Below are positions 40,592-50,350 of a stretch of DNA of 64,000 bases, piece by piece (within the stretch, counting starts at the first letter, position 1; every line of letters starts with the position of its first letter). The stretch is from positions 2,707 through 66,706 of the forward strand of contig CAYQPU010000003.1 of assembly GCA_964419615.1 (NCBI GenBank). The letters run 5' to 3'. The position numbers were made by a program, and so were the translations under genes. Source of the DNA: an uncultured Methanosarcinales archaeon (lineage in GTDB: Archaea > Nanobdellota > Nanobdellia > Woesearchaeales > JAGVZT01). Below the pieces are notes generated by a model that was not told the origin of the DNA, made no database searches, and worked only from the letters and a program-made list of their open reading frames with translations.

Positions 40592-41106
40592 TTTCCAATA
40601 GTTTTTTCCTCAGTAAGTGTTGCTGGAATTGTTGAATTAGCAACAAAACTTATTGCATCCTCTTCATCTCTTTTAACAATGTAAGAGGGTAATGTTACTT
40701 TTTTTTCTCCAACCATAATATGACCGTGAACAATAAATTGTCTAGCTTGATTTACTGATTTTGCTAAATTTTTTCTAAAAACAAAAGTTTGAAGCCTTCT
40801 TTCAATAATATCTTTTGTAGTAAGACTAAGTACATCATCTAAGTCAGCTTCTTTTGGAAGTAAGCCAATTGAAAAGAGTCGAGTTAACATTTGCTCTTTT
40901 TCTTTAAGACCTTGTGAAGTAGTACTTGCAATAAGATTCTTTGCTTGTCTTGAAAAGCTCCTGATTTTAGAGGCCATTTTCCAAATCTCTTTTTTATTTT
41001 TAAGACCATACGATCTCATAAGTGCTTTTTCTTCTTCAATTCTAGCCTTTTGCCAAGGATGAATTGGAGTACTATACTTTTTTCTATGTTTTTTCGGATC
41101 TCCCAT
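40588..41106 (-). CDS. rps4: 30S ribosomal protein S4
   Basis: 172 aa; S4 domain; cluster context. Confidence 0.9.
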
Positions 41107-41159
41107 TTTGTTAAACTCTCTGAGTTTTATGACTGAAAAAATGTAATTCTTTAATTTTT

Positions 41160-41645
41160 TTAGACTCTACCAGACCTTGCACCTTTCTTACGCTTCACAC
41201 CAATAACTCTTCCTTTATTTTTTCTAAAATTTGATCGCGTTCTTTGTCCTCGTGAAGGTAATCCCCATGCATGCCTGAACCCACGGTAGGCCCTTATCTT
41301 TTGTAATCTTTTAACATTATTATCCTTATTTAGTACTAAGTCTGTACCAACAAGATGGATGTCTTCACCAGTTTCCATATTTTTTCTTTGGTTTAATATC
41401 CATGTAGGAATATCATATTTTAAAGGATTAGTAATAACATCATTAATTTTCTTGATTTCTGATTCATTTAAATGTCCAGTTTTTTTGGTTTCATCAATTT
41501 TAGTCTTTGTGCAAATAATCTTTGCTAAAGAGTAATTTATACCTTTGACCTTTCTTAGGGCAATAGCAACTGTTCTATTTCCATCTAAATCAGCGTTAGC
41601 AATTCTTACAATGTGTCTAAAATCTTCTTTGTTCATTTTACCCAT
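41160..41645 (-). CDS. rps13: 30S ribosomal protein S13
   Basis: 161 aa; RIANADLDGN and basic C-terminus. Confidence 0.9.
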   Translation of the reverse strand: MGKMNKEDFRHIVRIANADLDGNRTVAIALRKVKGINYSLAKIICTKTKIDETKKTGHLNESEIKKINDVITNPLKYDIPTWILNQRKNMETGEDIHLVGTDLVLNKDNNVKRLQKIRAYRGFRHAWGLPSRGQRTRSNFRKNKGRVIGVKRKKGARSGRV

Positions 41646-41765
41646 AATATATCATAGCCAGAATGTGTGAAACCCTAAACACGCTCACAATGAACTCGGG
41701 CTAATATATATCTATATATGGGAACAAGTGTTTGTATATAAAGGTTGCTGTTAAAAACAAAAAGA

Positions 41766-42212
41766 TCAATGCTTTTTCTTTAGCAAAGACAGTACATAAG
41801 GCAGCGCACACATTAATACATATATTACACCCGCAACAACAAATCCCATGTTGTTTCCAGTTACTGTACTGTTAATAGTCTGGTAAAAAGATAATAGTAA
41901 AGCCATATTAATTATGGAAATTATGGGGATAAATAAAACCGCGAATATGTGATGTTTTGGTTCCAAATGATCAATATCTCTAATTAAAAAGTTTAGGATT
42001 AGACCAAAAACAAGACCAATTGAACCTACAATAACATATAACTGAATGTTCTGTATTATTTGTATAATTGGCAGCAAAATTAAAAAAATCAAAAAGTTGA
42101 GAACAACAATTACTAACAAAGCTAACCAGTAAACAACCTTGGCAGAATTCTTTGCATATTTCGTATACTTATTCTTGTCATATTTTGTGTTAATCTTGAA
42201 TGTTTTTTTCAT
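41766..42212 (-). CDS. Hypothetical membrane protein (4 TM)
   Basis: 148 aa hydrophobic. Confidence 0.3.
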   Translation of the reverse strand: MKKTFKINTKYDKNKYTKYAKNSAKVVYWLALLVIVVLNFLIFLILLPIIQIIQNIQLYVIVGSIGLVFGLILNFLIRDIDHLEPKHHIFAVLFIPIISIINMALLLSFYQTINSTVTGNNMGFVVAGVIYVLMCALPYVLSLLKKKH

Positions 42213-42719
42213 TTAAACCCTCTCAAAATCAATTTCAGCTTTTGATCTATTTAGCAGTTCTTTTATAGACTGTTCTTCTCCTTCAACCATTTTACATACA
42301 AGCTTGTAAAACACTTTTGATGTTTTAAAATAAGATGTTACAACATCAATAGTTATCTCAACAGGACCTTCCTTTAAAAATGCTGTCATAGTAACATGCC
42401 TTCTAAACTCTCTGCTTCGTTCAAAATTTGCTCTACTAAGATCTCTTAAATGATGATAAAAGTTAATAAACTCAATAATCTCTTTTTCTTTTTCATACTT
42501 TTCTCTCAATATCTTAGTCCTTAAACCTGGGCTTTTTGGGATATCTTCTTCATCTTTGTCTTCAGCTAATAAGACCAAAAAGCAAAAATCAAAGCAATTT
42601 ATTAATCTATTAAGTACATTTTTTAGTACATCAACAGTTCGAGTGTATTTAAGACTAACATGAATAAGGTGATCTACTCTTCTAAGTTCTCCGTTTGCAT
42701 CATCTAAATATTCGTTCAT
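42213..42719 (-). CDS. Hypothetical protein, paralog-like of 42700-43194
   Basis: 168 aa; shares N-terminal R(V/I)DH(L/M) and overall charge pattern with upstream neighbour. Confidence 0.3.
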   Translation of the reverse strand: MNEYLDDANGELRRVDHLIHVSLKYTRTVDVLKNVLNRLINCFDFCFLVLLAEDKDEEDIPKSPGLRTKILREKYEKEKEIIEFINFYHHLRDLSRANFERSREFRRHVTMTAFLKEGPVEITIDVVTSYFKTSKVFYKLVCKMVEGEEQSIKELLNRSKAEIDFERV

Positions 42720-43194
42720 TCTTACTCACTATATCCTCCATTTTTGCAATAAAAAGTTTTGTTTTTTTAATGTATTCTCTAATTTGCTCTACTGTAATTG
42801 TTTTTATCTTGTAACTTTCAGAGGCAATCACAAACTTATCCTTTCGGGTAAATTCCACAGGACTTTTTTTGTGCATAATAATGATATCTTTGATCTCTTT
42901 AATCATAGTCACGTATTCCATTTCAATTTTGTATTTTGGTACAACCTTTGCTCTGAACATATTAAATTTTGATTCAAATGTATCATGGAAAGGTGGAATT
43001 CTCTTAAAAAGTCTTTCATAGTGAAGTACAGAAGCAACAGAGTTAGTTAAAGATAAAAAGAGATTTTCAAGAACTGCTAACAATAATTTACTATCTTTAA
43101 CTAGTGGGTAAGTCATGGTTAGCATATGATCTGCAATTTTTAAACGCTTTTGGGCATTATGTTTAGCAGTCTGGAACTTCTCCATATAGAACAT
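42700..43194 (-). CDS. Hypothetical protein
   Basis: 164 aa; no clear family. Confidence 0.3.
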   Translation of the reverse strand: MFYMEKFQTAKHNAQKRLKIADHMLTMTYPLVKDSKLLLAVLENLFLSLTNSVASVLHYERLFKRIPPFHDTFESKFNMFRAKVVPKYKIEMEYVTMIKEIKDIIIMHKKSPVEFTRKDKFVIASESYKIKTITVEQIREYIKKTKLFIAKMEDIVSKNERIFR

Positions 43195-43259
43195 TATTTG
43201 AAAATAACTTTTTAAACTTTCCTATTAAGTTGGTCTAATATGTTAATTACTGAGTTGTT

Positions 43260-44198
43260 TTAAGGAATTTGCATAAAACTATGATCTAGTTTAACCTGTT
43301 GTTTTATAGGTCTTAGTTCACTGCAACCATAGATCTTTGCATAGTTTTTCCAGATGCCTGAGCAAATTTCGTTTTTTGAGCACATCTTGCATTGTGCACC
43401 TTTCTTTTTGTTTTTTGTTATTCTTTGTTTATAACTAGTTTTACCTCTAAGAATTATGTCTATATGATTATTTGGATTAGTCATTTTTTCAATTTCAGGA
43501 ACATATTTTTCATATCCTATTAGATAGCATAAAGGCAGGCCACAGTCACTTATTAAAAAGTCAATATTTTCCATGATACAGTATTTTATCATTTGCATCA
43601 AGTAGGGTTCAACTTCAGACATTTTTGGAATGATCCAAGTGTTATTGAGTGCACTAGCTGCAGGCATTACAAAACTGGTCTGTATTTTTGGAGGATTGCT
43701 GAATTCTTTTTTTAGCCATTTACAGAAATCAACTGCTTCTTTGTGATTAGTAGAACAAAGCACGTGACTTATAAAAACAGGAAATTTTAAGTCTTGTAAA
43801 TTATGTATAGCTTTGATGGTTTTTTTGAAAGTACCTGGTGCCTGGGTAAGAAAATCTGATACTTTTTCTTTGTGAGAGTGTAAAGAGACCAGTGCTTCAT
43901 TAAGACCAGCATTAATTAAATTTTTACAGTACTCTTTGTCTGCAAGTTTCACACCATTTGTTAGTAAAGTTACCTGAATTTTTTTATTAGAGATAAACTC
44001 AATTAAACCTAGCAAATCTTCTCTTATAGTTGGTTCTCCTCCGCTAAGCAAAATGTTCTCTACATTCTGATTAGATAAATTTTTTAGTTTATCTTTTACT
44101 TGCAAAGTCGTCAGTGCTGGTTCAGTGCTATCTCTATTACAAAAAAAACATTTTTGGTTACACTTTGTCTCAAAATTCAAACAAATTTGCTGGTTCAT
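43260..44198 (-). CDS. Radical SAM enzyme with C-terminal Cys-rich (SPASM-like) region
   Basis: CNQKCFFCN CxxxCxxC cluster near N-terminus; SGGEPT SAM motif; C-terminal CKMCSKNEICSG. Confidence 0.65.
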   Translation of the reverse strand: MNQQICLNFETKCNQKCFFCNRDSTEPALTTLQVKDKLKNLSNQNVENILLSGGEPTIREDLLGLIEFISNKKIQVTLLTNGVKLADKEYCKNLINAGLNEALVSLHSHKEKVSDFLTQAPGTFKKTIKAIHNLQDLKFPVFISHVLCSTNHKEAVDFCKWLKKEFSNPPKIQTSFVMPAASALNNTWIIPKMSEVEPYLMQMIKYCIMENIDFLISDCGLPLCYLIGYEKYVPEIEKMTNPNNHIDIILRGKTSYKQRITKNKKKGAQCKMCSKNEICSGIWKNYAKIYGCSELRPIKQQVKLDHSFMQIP

Positions 44199-44281
44199 AT
44201 TTTGTTAAATCTTTTTTCCACAATAATAAATATAATTAATCTAAATTTTTTTGAATTGTTTTTTATCAGTAAAAACCAAAG

Positions 44282-44614
44282 TCATTCCGAAAGCTCGAGT
44301 ATTGCTTTTGCAAGATCTCCTTGGTTTTTTTCAAGGCTCTCTAGCGCTTTCTCTCTGTCAACACCTGATTTTTCCATCACTGTTATCACATCTTCTTCAT
44401 CAATTTGGATGCTTGTTTCTTGTTCCGAAATATCTCCTGTTATTTGGAAAGTTTCTTGACCCATCATGTTAACTTTAACAACTTGAGGATTAGAAATAAT
44501 AATCTCTTTTTCTTCAGAACTAATTACAACTCTTTTTGCTGGGACATCTACCTGTTTGATTCCCATCTGTTTCATCATCTTTTTCATCTGTCTGGGATTC
44601 ATGCCAGGCATCAT
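44282..44614 (-). CDS. nac: Nascent polypeptide-associated complex alpha subunit (NAC domain plus UBA)
   Basis: MMPGMNPRQMKKMMKQMGI and C-terminal UBA-like helix; start ATG overlaps sec61-beta stop (ATGA). Confidence 0.8.
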   Translation of the reverse strand: MMPGMNPRQMKKMMKQMGIKQVDVPAKRVVISSEEKEIIISNPQVVKVNMMGQETFQITGDISEQETSIQIDEEDVITVMEKSGVDREKALESLEKNQGDLAKAILELSE

Positions 44615-44781
44615 CCTAACCAACTCTTACCATATACTTGCAGAATAATGATTAGAATAATTACAATAACACTTGCAATTATAACTAAACCTGGAGAAAT
44701 TTCTATTTTGCTTTTGTATTCATCAAAGTATCTGGTCAATCCTCCCATTGAGGAGGGCATTGTAATTTTGTTTTTTGCCAT
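44611..44781 (-). CDS. secG: Preprotein translocase Sec61-beta subunit (archaeal SecG/Sbh1 homolog), absent from ORF track (56 aa)
   Basis: Minus-strand translation MAKNKITMPSSMGGLTRYFDEYKSKIEISPGLVIIASVIVIILIIILQVYGKSWLG; GGLxRYFDE motif plus single C-terminal TM is diagnostic. Confidence 0.6.
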   Translation of the reverse strand: MAKNKITMPSSMGGLTRYFDEYKSKIEISPGLVIIASVIVIILIIILQVYGKSWLG

Positions 44782-44800
44782 TTTTCTTCACCATTAAAAA

Positions 44801-45221
44801 GGTAGAGTGGCTATAAGCCACCTTTTGTAAAACCTCCTATTGAAAGGAATGGTTTTCCTCAACATTCAACTAAGCGCGTATGCTTGCACTGGCCAGGGCT
44901 CACCGTTTCACCAATTCCCTAAAGAACGTCTGCAGAGTCCAGATCTGTCACCAAATTTGTTTACTGCTTCATTCTCCTTTAAGGCTGTATCGTTTCTGAG
45001 TGGTTGCCTTCCATTACAGAACTCCCGTATGGGAGTGGCCTTAATAGTGGGTGGACTTTCCTCACAAACTTTTAAGAAAAGTTTGATCAAAACAAATGCG
45101 ACACAAGGTCGCATATCGCGGCTATCTTGCTTAAGAGCAAGCCGCGTCAAGGGGCTGTAAGCCCTTTATGTTTTGTTCGACCTTTTCTTAAAAGGTCGCG
45201 GAAGTTGAGCACCACTCTACC
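44801..45221 (-). ncRNA. rnpB: RNase P RNA
   Basis: Minus strand: P1 GGUAGAGUGG/CCACUCUACC; CR-I-like GAGGAAAGUCCACCC; CR-IV-like GGUGAAACGGUGAGCC; CR-V-like ACAAAAGGUGGCUUAUAGCC; 421 nt GC-rich island; overlapped only by spurious ORFs. Confidence 0.7.
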
Positions 45222-45311
45222 AATATATAGGGAGATATTTGGTTTTTAAAAAGGTTTTGGTAATATTTCGTTCTAAAAAGGTTTTTATACCTATAAAACT
45301 TAGCCAAAATA

Positions 45312-45968
45312 ATGAAATTCTCATCTGGAACCAAATTACTGGATAATTTACTGAATGGTGGCTATCAGCCCCAAATGATTAATACTATATTTGGAGTTGC
45401 AGCTTCTGGTAAAACAACAGCATGTTTATTAGCTTGCATAGCTTGTGCAAATAGAGGGAAAAAAGTAATATATATTGATACTGAAAATGCATTCCCAGTT
45501 GATAGGTTAAAACAATTAACTCCTGATTATAATAAAGTTCTAGAGAAAATTTTTCTTATTAAAGCCAAATCATTTGAACAACAATCAAAAGTATTTACTA
45601 GGTTAAAGGACATTGCTTTTAATACAAATATTGGACTAATAATTGTGGACACAATTGGTTCTCAATATAGATCTGACACACAAGACTTAAAATTAAAAAA
45701 TAAAGTTTTGGGAGATCAATTAGATACATTAAGAGAAATCTACAAAACAAGTGATTGTATAGTAATATTAACAAATCAAGTTTACTCAAATCTTAAGGAA
45801 AATGAAGTAAAACCTATTGGTGGAAGAACCTTAGTTAATCGAAGCAGGTGTATGATTCAACTTGATAAAGTAGAAGAACATAGATATGCTTACTTAATAA
45901 AACATCCAAATGAAAATAAAAATGAAATACAATTCACAATAACAAATAAAGGATTTGAGATACTATGA
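45312..45968 (+). CDS. radB: RadB recombinase paralog
   Basis: 218 aa; Walker A GVAASGKT, short RecA core without N-terminal HhH domain. Confidence 0.8.
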   Translation: MKFSSGTKLLDNLLNGGYQPQMINTIFGVAASGKTTACLLACIACANRGKKVIYIDTENAFPVDRLKQLTPDYNKVLEKIFLIKAKSFEQQSKVFTRLKDIAFNTNIGLIIVDTIGSQYRSDTQDLKLKNKVLGDQLDTLREIYKTSDCIVILTNQVYSNLKENEVKPIGGRTLVNRSRCMIQLDKVEEHRYAYLIKHPNENKNEIQFTITNKGFEIL

Positions 45969-45981
45969 ATATTGATTAAAT

Positions 45982-46584
45982 CTATTCCTCTGTAAAATCT
46001 GCAATAGGAGTATCAATATCTTTTCCTTTTTCAACAATGCCTTTGCTTTTGAGATATTCATTTGTTAATATCCAGAAAATTAAACCCAAGCTTTTCTTAC
46101 CTTTGTTATTACATGGAATCACAAGGTCAATATTATTTGTTTGATTGTTTGTGTCACATAGAGCAATAATCGGAATCCCTGCTGTAATCCCATCATTGAC
46201 AGCATTCCTATCAGGCCATGCATCTGTAATTAATATAACCTTAGCTTCAGCATATTTGTCAAGATTAGGATTTGTCAGAACACCTGGTGGATATCTACCT
46301 GGAATAACATTCATTCCAGTTAATTCTCCAAGTTTTTTAACAGCTTTCCAACCATTCTCACGTCTGCATAAAACCATTATGTCCTTTGGTTCATAATTAG
46401 CTAAAAACTTAGATGCAATTCTTAATCTTTCATCAATCTTTTGCAGATTCAGCACAGATAATCCATCTGATCTGGTCTTATATATGAATCTATTCATATA
46501 TTTTGTTTTAAACTTGGTACCTATGTGTATTCCTGCCTTAAGATATTGATCTTGCGGAACTAATAATTTTTCTGATTCATCCAT
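45982..46584 (-). CDS. rps2: 30S ribosomal protein S2
   Basis: 200 aa; conserved S2 core (LKAGIHIGTK). Confidence 0.9.
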   Translation of the reverse strand: MDESEKLLVPQDQYLKAGIHIGTKFKTKYMNRFIYKTRSDGLSVLNLQKIDERLRIASKFLANYEPKDIMVLCRRENGWKAVKKLGELTGMNVIPGRYPPGVLTNPNLDKYAEAKVILITDAWPDRNAVNDGITAGIPIIALCDTNNQTNNIDLVIPCNNKGKKSLGLIFWILTNEYLKSKGIVEKGKDIDTPIADFTEE

Positions 46585-46696
46585 TTTATCGTAACCTCAT
46601 TAAATTAGCAGCAGAATAGGCTGCCTTATTATCGCCCAGCAGCTCTGTACAAAATACATGTACATGGGCAATGATTATTCGGAAGTCTAATTTGAT

Positions 46697-47233
46697 TTAT
46701 AAAGGTTTGCTTTGAAAAGTTTTAACAGTTTCATAAACCGGTCCATTTGGTGTGAGTGTGCTTTTGATAAGCTCAAAACCAAAAACTTGAAACTCACAAG
46801 TATTGAAAATTATAACTTTATAATGCTTGAATTGATCCCAATCTTTAATATATCTAACTCTTGCTAAGGTAACATGGGGATGAAAAGGATTACTTTTTTG
46901 AAAACCCAGTTTATTACAATTTGATTCAATTGTATTTTGTAATTCTAATAATTGTTTTGACTGAGCACCTATCCAAATTACTCTTGGCTTTCCTTTTATT
47001 GGAAAACTTCCCAGATTATCTAATGTGACAGAAAACCTCCTAAATTTAATACTACTTAAGGATCTAACAAGTTCATTAAGTTGACTATCTTTAACATCTC
47101 CAAGAAATTTTAATGTAATGTGAAACTCCTTTGTTAACTTTAAGTTTGCTCCAGATAACTGCTCTTGAACAGCTTTGAACTCATCTTGAAAAGGAGTTTG
47201 CACTGCAATAAATAATCTCATATATTCAAACAA
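46697..47233 (-). CDS. ligT: RNA 2',3'-cyclic phosphodiesterase / 2'-5' RNA ligase (LigT/ThpR, 2H family)
   Basis: 178 aa; two H-x-T-x motifs (HITLKF, HPHVTLAR). Confidence 0.75.
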   Translation of the reverse strand: MFEYMRLFIAVQTPFQDEFKAVQEQLSGANLKLTKEFHITLKFLGDVKDSQLNELVRSLSSIKFRRFSVTLDNLGSFPIKGKPRVIWIGAQSKQLLELQNTIESNCNKLGFQKSNPFHPHVTLARVRYIKDWDQFKHYKVIIFNTCEFQVFGFELIKSTLTPNGPVYETVKTFQSKPL

Positions 47234-47252
47234 TAAACTATTTTATTTAAAT

Positions 47253-47594
47253 TTACTGTTCTAGTTCTTCACCAAAGTCTTCTGAATCTTCAGGTTCAGG
47301 TTCTTGGGCAACTTCTTCCTCTTGAGTTTCTTGCTCAACAAGCGTTTCTTCGGCAGGTTCTTCTGATGCAACAGATTCTTGTGCAGCTCCGATTGACTCA
47401 GCAAAGCCAACTCTTCGAAGGACTCTTGTTATTCTAACTCTAATCTCATCTCCTTCTTTTGTACCAGGTACAAACAAAACAAATCCATCTACTCTGGCAA
47501 TTCCATCGCCTTTTTCGCCTACACTTTCTATTTTTACATCTATTTCTTGCCCCTCTTTTACTGGAGCCATTCTTCCGAAATCATTTCCATACAT
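47253..47594 (-). CDS. TRAM domain protein with acidic C-terminal tail
   Basis: 113 aa; KIESVGEKGDGIARVDGFVLFVPGTKEGDEIRVRITRV is a TRAM OB-fold; Glu-rich tail. Confidence 0.7.
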   Translation of the reverse strand: MYGNDFGRMAPVKEGQEIDVKIESVGEKGDGIARVDGFVLFVPGTKEGDEIRVRITRVLRRVGFAESIGAAQESVASEEPAEETLVEQETQEEEVAQEPEPEDSEDFGEELEQ

Positions 47595-47691
47595 ATATTT
47601 TCACCTTCTATCTTTAAATTAGAAATAGTATTTACTACTCTAACTTATTACTAATAAAATATATTGATATTTATAAATTTAATGAAAAAAA

Positions 47692-48633
47692 TTAAATATC
47701 CACTAAACCTCCCTTTTCAATGAAGAATGAACACTCACCTTCTGGAAGATTTGGACTGTCAACAAGCTTTGCAACTCTGCTTCCTTTTTTACCTTTTCTT
47801 AAGTAAATTCTGAAAGTAGATGCATGTGCAACAATATGTCCGCCAATGGCTTTAGTTGGATCTCCAAAAAACATATCTGGTCTAGATAATACTTGATTAG
47901 TTACATACACACAAACATTATAATTTCCAGCAATATTTAGAAGTGTCCTCATATGCTTGTTTAGCTTTTGTTGTCTTTCAGCTAATGCTCCTCTTCCAAT
48001 GAATTCTGCTCTAAAGTGACCTGTGAGCGAATCAACCATCACTAATTTGATGTTTTCACCGTTTCTGATTAACTCTTCTGCTTTTTCTGCAAGCAGCATC
48101 TGGTGATCAGAATTAAATGCTCTAGCAACTCTTATGTTCTTTAAAATTTTGTCCGGTTCAAGACCTGCACTTTCAGCTATTTCTACAATCCTTTCTGGTC
48201 TAAATGTATTTTCAGTATCTATGAAAATTACTAATGCATCTGGATCACTTTTCTGAACATTTACAGCCATGATATGACTCAATTGTGTTTTTCCAGAACC
48301 AAATTCACCAAAACATTCAGTTATTGCACCTGTTTCAAAACCACCACCAACCAAAACATCAAATGATTCTGATCCTGTAGTAATTTTTTGAACATTTTCC
48401 CTTTTCTTTAATAATTGATCTCCAGATTCAAATCCCATATCCATTGAGTTTCTGGCGGCATGAATAACTTTTCTTGCCACACTCTCACTCATACCTGTTG
48501 ATTCCATCAACTCACCTGGGCTTGCAACTGCAATGCTCATAAGAGTTGAAAAGCCAGTGCTCTCAAGCTTTTCTGCTGTTGCAGCTCCTACTCCTGGCAA
48601 GTCTTGTACTGAACTTATTTCTTTTTTTGACAT
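47692..48633 (-). CDS. radA: RadA recombinase
   Basis: 313 aa; N-terminal HhH, Walker [10 protein letters not shown], Walker B. Confidence 0.9.
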   Translation of the reverse strand: MSKKEISSVQDLPGVGAATAEKLESTGFSTLMSIAVASPGELMESTGMSESVARKVIHAARNSMDMGFESGDQLLKKRENVQKITTGSESFDVLVGGGFETGAITECFGEFGSGKTQLSHIMAVNVQKSDPDALVIFIDTENTFRPERIVEIAESAGLEPDKILKNIRVARAFNSDHQMLLAEKAEELIRNGENIKLVMVDSLTGHFRAEFIGRGALAERQQKLNKHMRTLLNIAGNYNVCVYVTNQVLSRPDMFFGDPTKAIGGHIVAHASTFRIYLRKGKKGSRVAKLVDSPNLPEGECSFFIEKGGLVDI

Positions 48634-48714
48634 ATGATCACCTTTTGTTAGTTTTTGTTTTCTGATTTATTAGTGTTATCAAAGTGTTACCGAAAAAATA
48701 AAAAAAATAAAAAA

Positions 48715-48990
48715 CTAAGCTTTGTATTCATGGTCACTTCCATCTCTAAGAACTATATGCTCATAGGCTTTGTTTAATACTAAAACTGCCTTTGGTAAGT
48801 CACTAGTTCTCAAAGAATTAGTTGATTGCCACTTTCCATCTTTATCCTGGTAACGTCTCTGCAAAGAAACTGTATTATATTCTGCAGTTTCTCCAGTTTT
48901 TTTAGTTGTTGTGTTCTTCCATACAGTGGCATTTATTACCCCTGTTGAAAACCTTTTTTCAGGTGTATTTTTTTCTTCCATATTTACCAA
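48715..48990 (-). CDS. Hypothetical small protein
   Basis: 91 aa; no family. Confidence 0.3.
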   Translation of the reverse strand: MVNMEEKNTPEKRFSTGVINATVWKNTTTKKTGETAEYNTVSLQRRYQDKDGKWQSTNSLRTSDLPKAVLVLNKAYEHIVLRDGSDHEYKA

Positions 48991-49124
48991 CCTCCTTGCT
49001 ATTCGCTTTTTATTTCAACCCCCTTATATTATGGTCCCAGATAATTTTCTGAGACCCAGGGGCAGATTGGTTAGGCACATTGCCTATGGATAGTAATCTC
49101 TAATAGATTTATATACCTTACGCG

Positions 49125-49205
49125 TGAATGTCCAGTGGGTTTTTTGTTCTGTCCAGTGCACTTTGTAATCAAGAGCAGTGGACTTTTGGTCATGTCCAGT
49201 TAGTT
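49125..49205. repeat. Cluster of four GTCCAGTG(G) ORB-core-like repeats at ~20-nt spacing (three direct, one inverted)
   Basis: gaatGTCCAGTGGgtttttt, ctGTCCAGTGcac, gCAGTGGACtttt (inverted), catGTCCAGTTag; between rpa stop and promoter of 48990 gene. Confidence 0.4.
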
Positions 49206-50273
49206 TTTTCCATCTGAACTTTTTTCCAAAACAGATCCTTCTACAGCTTTACTCTCTGTTTTAGGATCTTTGACTGATTCTTCTTTTTTTGACTGATTAT
49301 TAAGATTCCTCAGTTCTGCTTCTGGATCTGGATTTGTATCAACATATCTTGAAATAATCTCCAATCTGTCGAACATTTGGTTTCTAACAACCCTTCCGTT
49401 TAATTTGATAATATTTCCAAGAACATCCATCTTTGCACTTTCAAATTCTTCAGGATTATCCTTATACTTTAACATCTTGTCTTCATCAGCACCAAGTAAG
49501 GTTCTTGCTTGATCTCTGAAAAAAACTGCTCTTATGTTTTCAGTACCATCATCCAAAAACGCATTTAGAACATAACCTAATTTGGGTGTGATCTTTCCAT
49601 GACCATCACAAGCAAAAGAACCGTCTTTTAACTGGACTTTTTTATTACATTCAGGACAAGTTTCATAGTATCTTGGTTCAAAAATCTGAACAATTGTTGC
49701 TAGCAATTCAACATCATTCATATTCTCTTTCAGTTCATTTATTTTCTTTCTATCTGTGGTCTGCTTAACACCTTCAATTGTCAATCCTGTTGGATTTACC
49801 GCCAGATTCCCTTTTGTTCCAAGGTGAAGCTCTTTTTGATTATTACGTTCTTTTACATAACTTCCCATGACTTTGATAGTATGACCTTGTTTAATATTTT
49901 CAACTTTGTCTGCATGTTCTCCCCAAAGAACTAATCGTGTGCTTCCGGTTTCATCAGCAATAACCAGATTAGCTACTTTTCCTGATCTTCCTTCAACTTC
50001 AAATTCTCTAGCAGGATAAACTTGCATTACTTTCCCAGCTGTTTCCACATCTCTCATACCAGTAACAATATTCTTGATTTGTAGCTTTCCTGAAACTTGC
50101 TCTAGTAGTTTAATACCAAGTTGATTAGCTACAATGTGTGCAGCTCCTTCCTTACTAATTAATCCAGAAAGCTGTTTTAATTTTGTGTCTATCTTATTTT
50201 CAATTTCTGCTTTGCTTAATTCTGATTTTTCTACTATTTTTTCAATAATTTCTTCATAACCAAGTTTTATCAT
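49200..50273 (-). CDS. rpa: Replication protein A (ssDNA-binding, OB folds plus Zn ribbon)
   Basis: 357 aa; N-terminal MIKLGYEEIIEKIVEKSELSKAEIENKI typical of archaeal RPA; CPECNKK...C..DGHG zinc motif. Confidence 0.8.
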   Translation of the reverse strand: MIKLGYEEIIEKIVEKSELSKAEIENKIDTKLKQLSGLISKEGAAHIVANQLGIKLLEQVSGKLQIKNIVTGMRDVETAGKVMQVYPAREFEVEGRSGKVANLVIADETGSTRLVLWGEHADKVENIKQGHTIKVMGSYVKERNNQKELHLGTKGNLAVNPTGLTIEGVKQTTDRKKINELKENMNDVELLATIVQIFEPRYYETCPECNKKVQLKDGSFACDGHGKITPKLGYVLNAFLDDGTENIRAVFFRDQARTLLGADEDKMLKYKDNPEEFESAKMDVLGNIIKLNGRVVRNQMFDRLEIISRYVDTNPDPEAELRNLNNQSKKEESVKDPKTESKAVEGSVLEKSSDGKN

Positions 50274-50350
50274 AAAATCCCCTCAATTAGCAGAAACAAA
50301 TATCGGTTTATATATTTTTAGATTTTGTTTCCAAAAGTTTTTGGCATAAA

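Noticed and set aside
44840-45160. ORFs 44840-45160(+) and 44908-45150(-)
   Set aside because: They lie entirely within the RNase P RNA gene (GC-rich structural RNA), so they are spurious.
46585-46696. Possible C/D-box sRNA in the rps2/ligT intergenic region (hairpin GCAGC-AGAATAG-GCTGC, ATGATTA)
   Set aside because: No proper C (RUGAUGA) plus D (CUGA) box pair at appropriate spacing.
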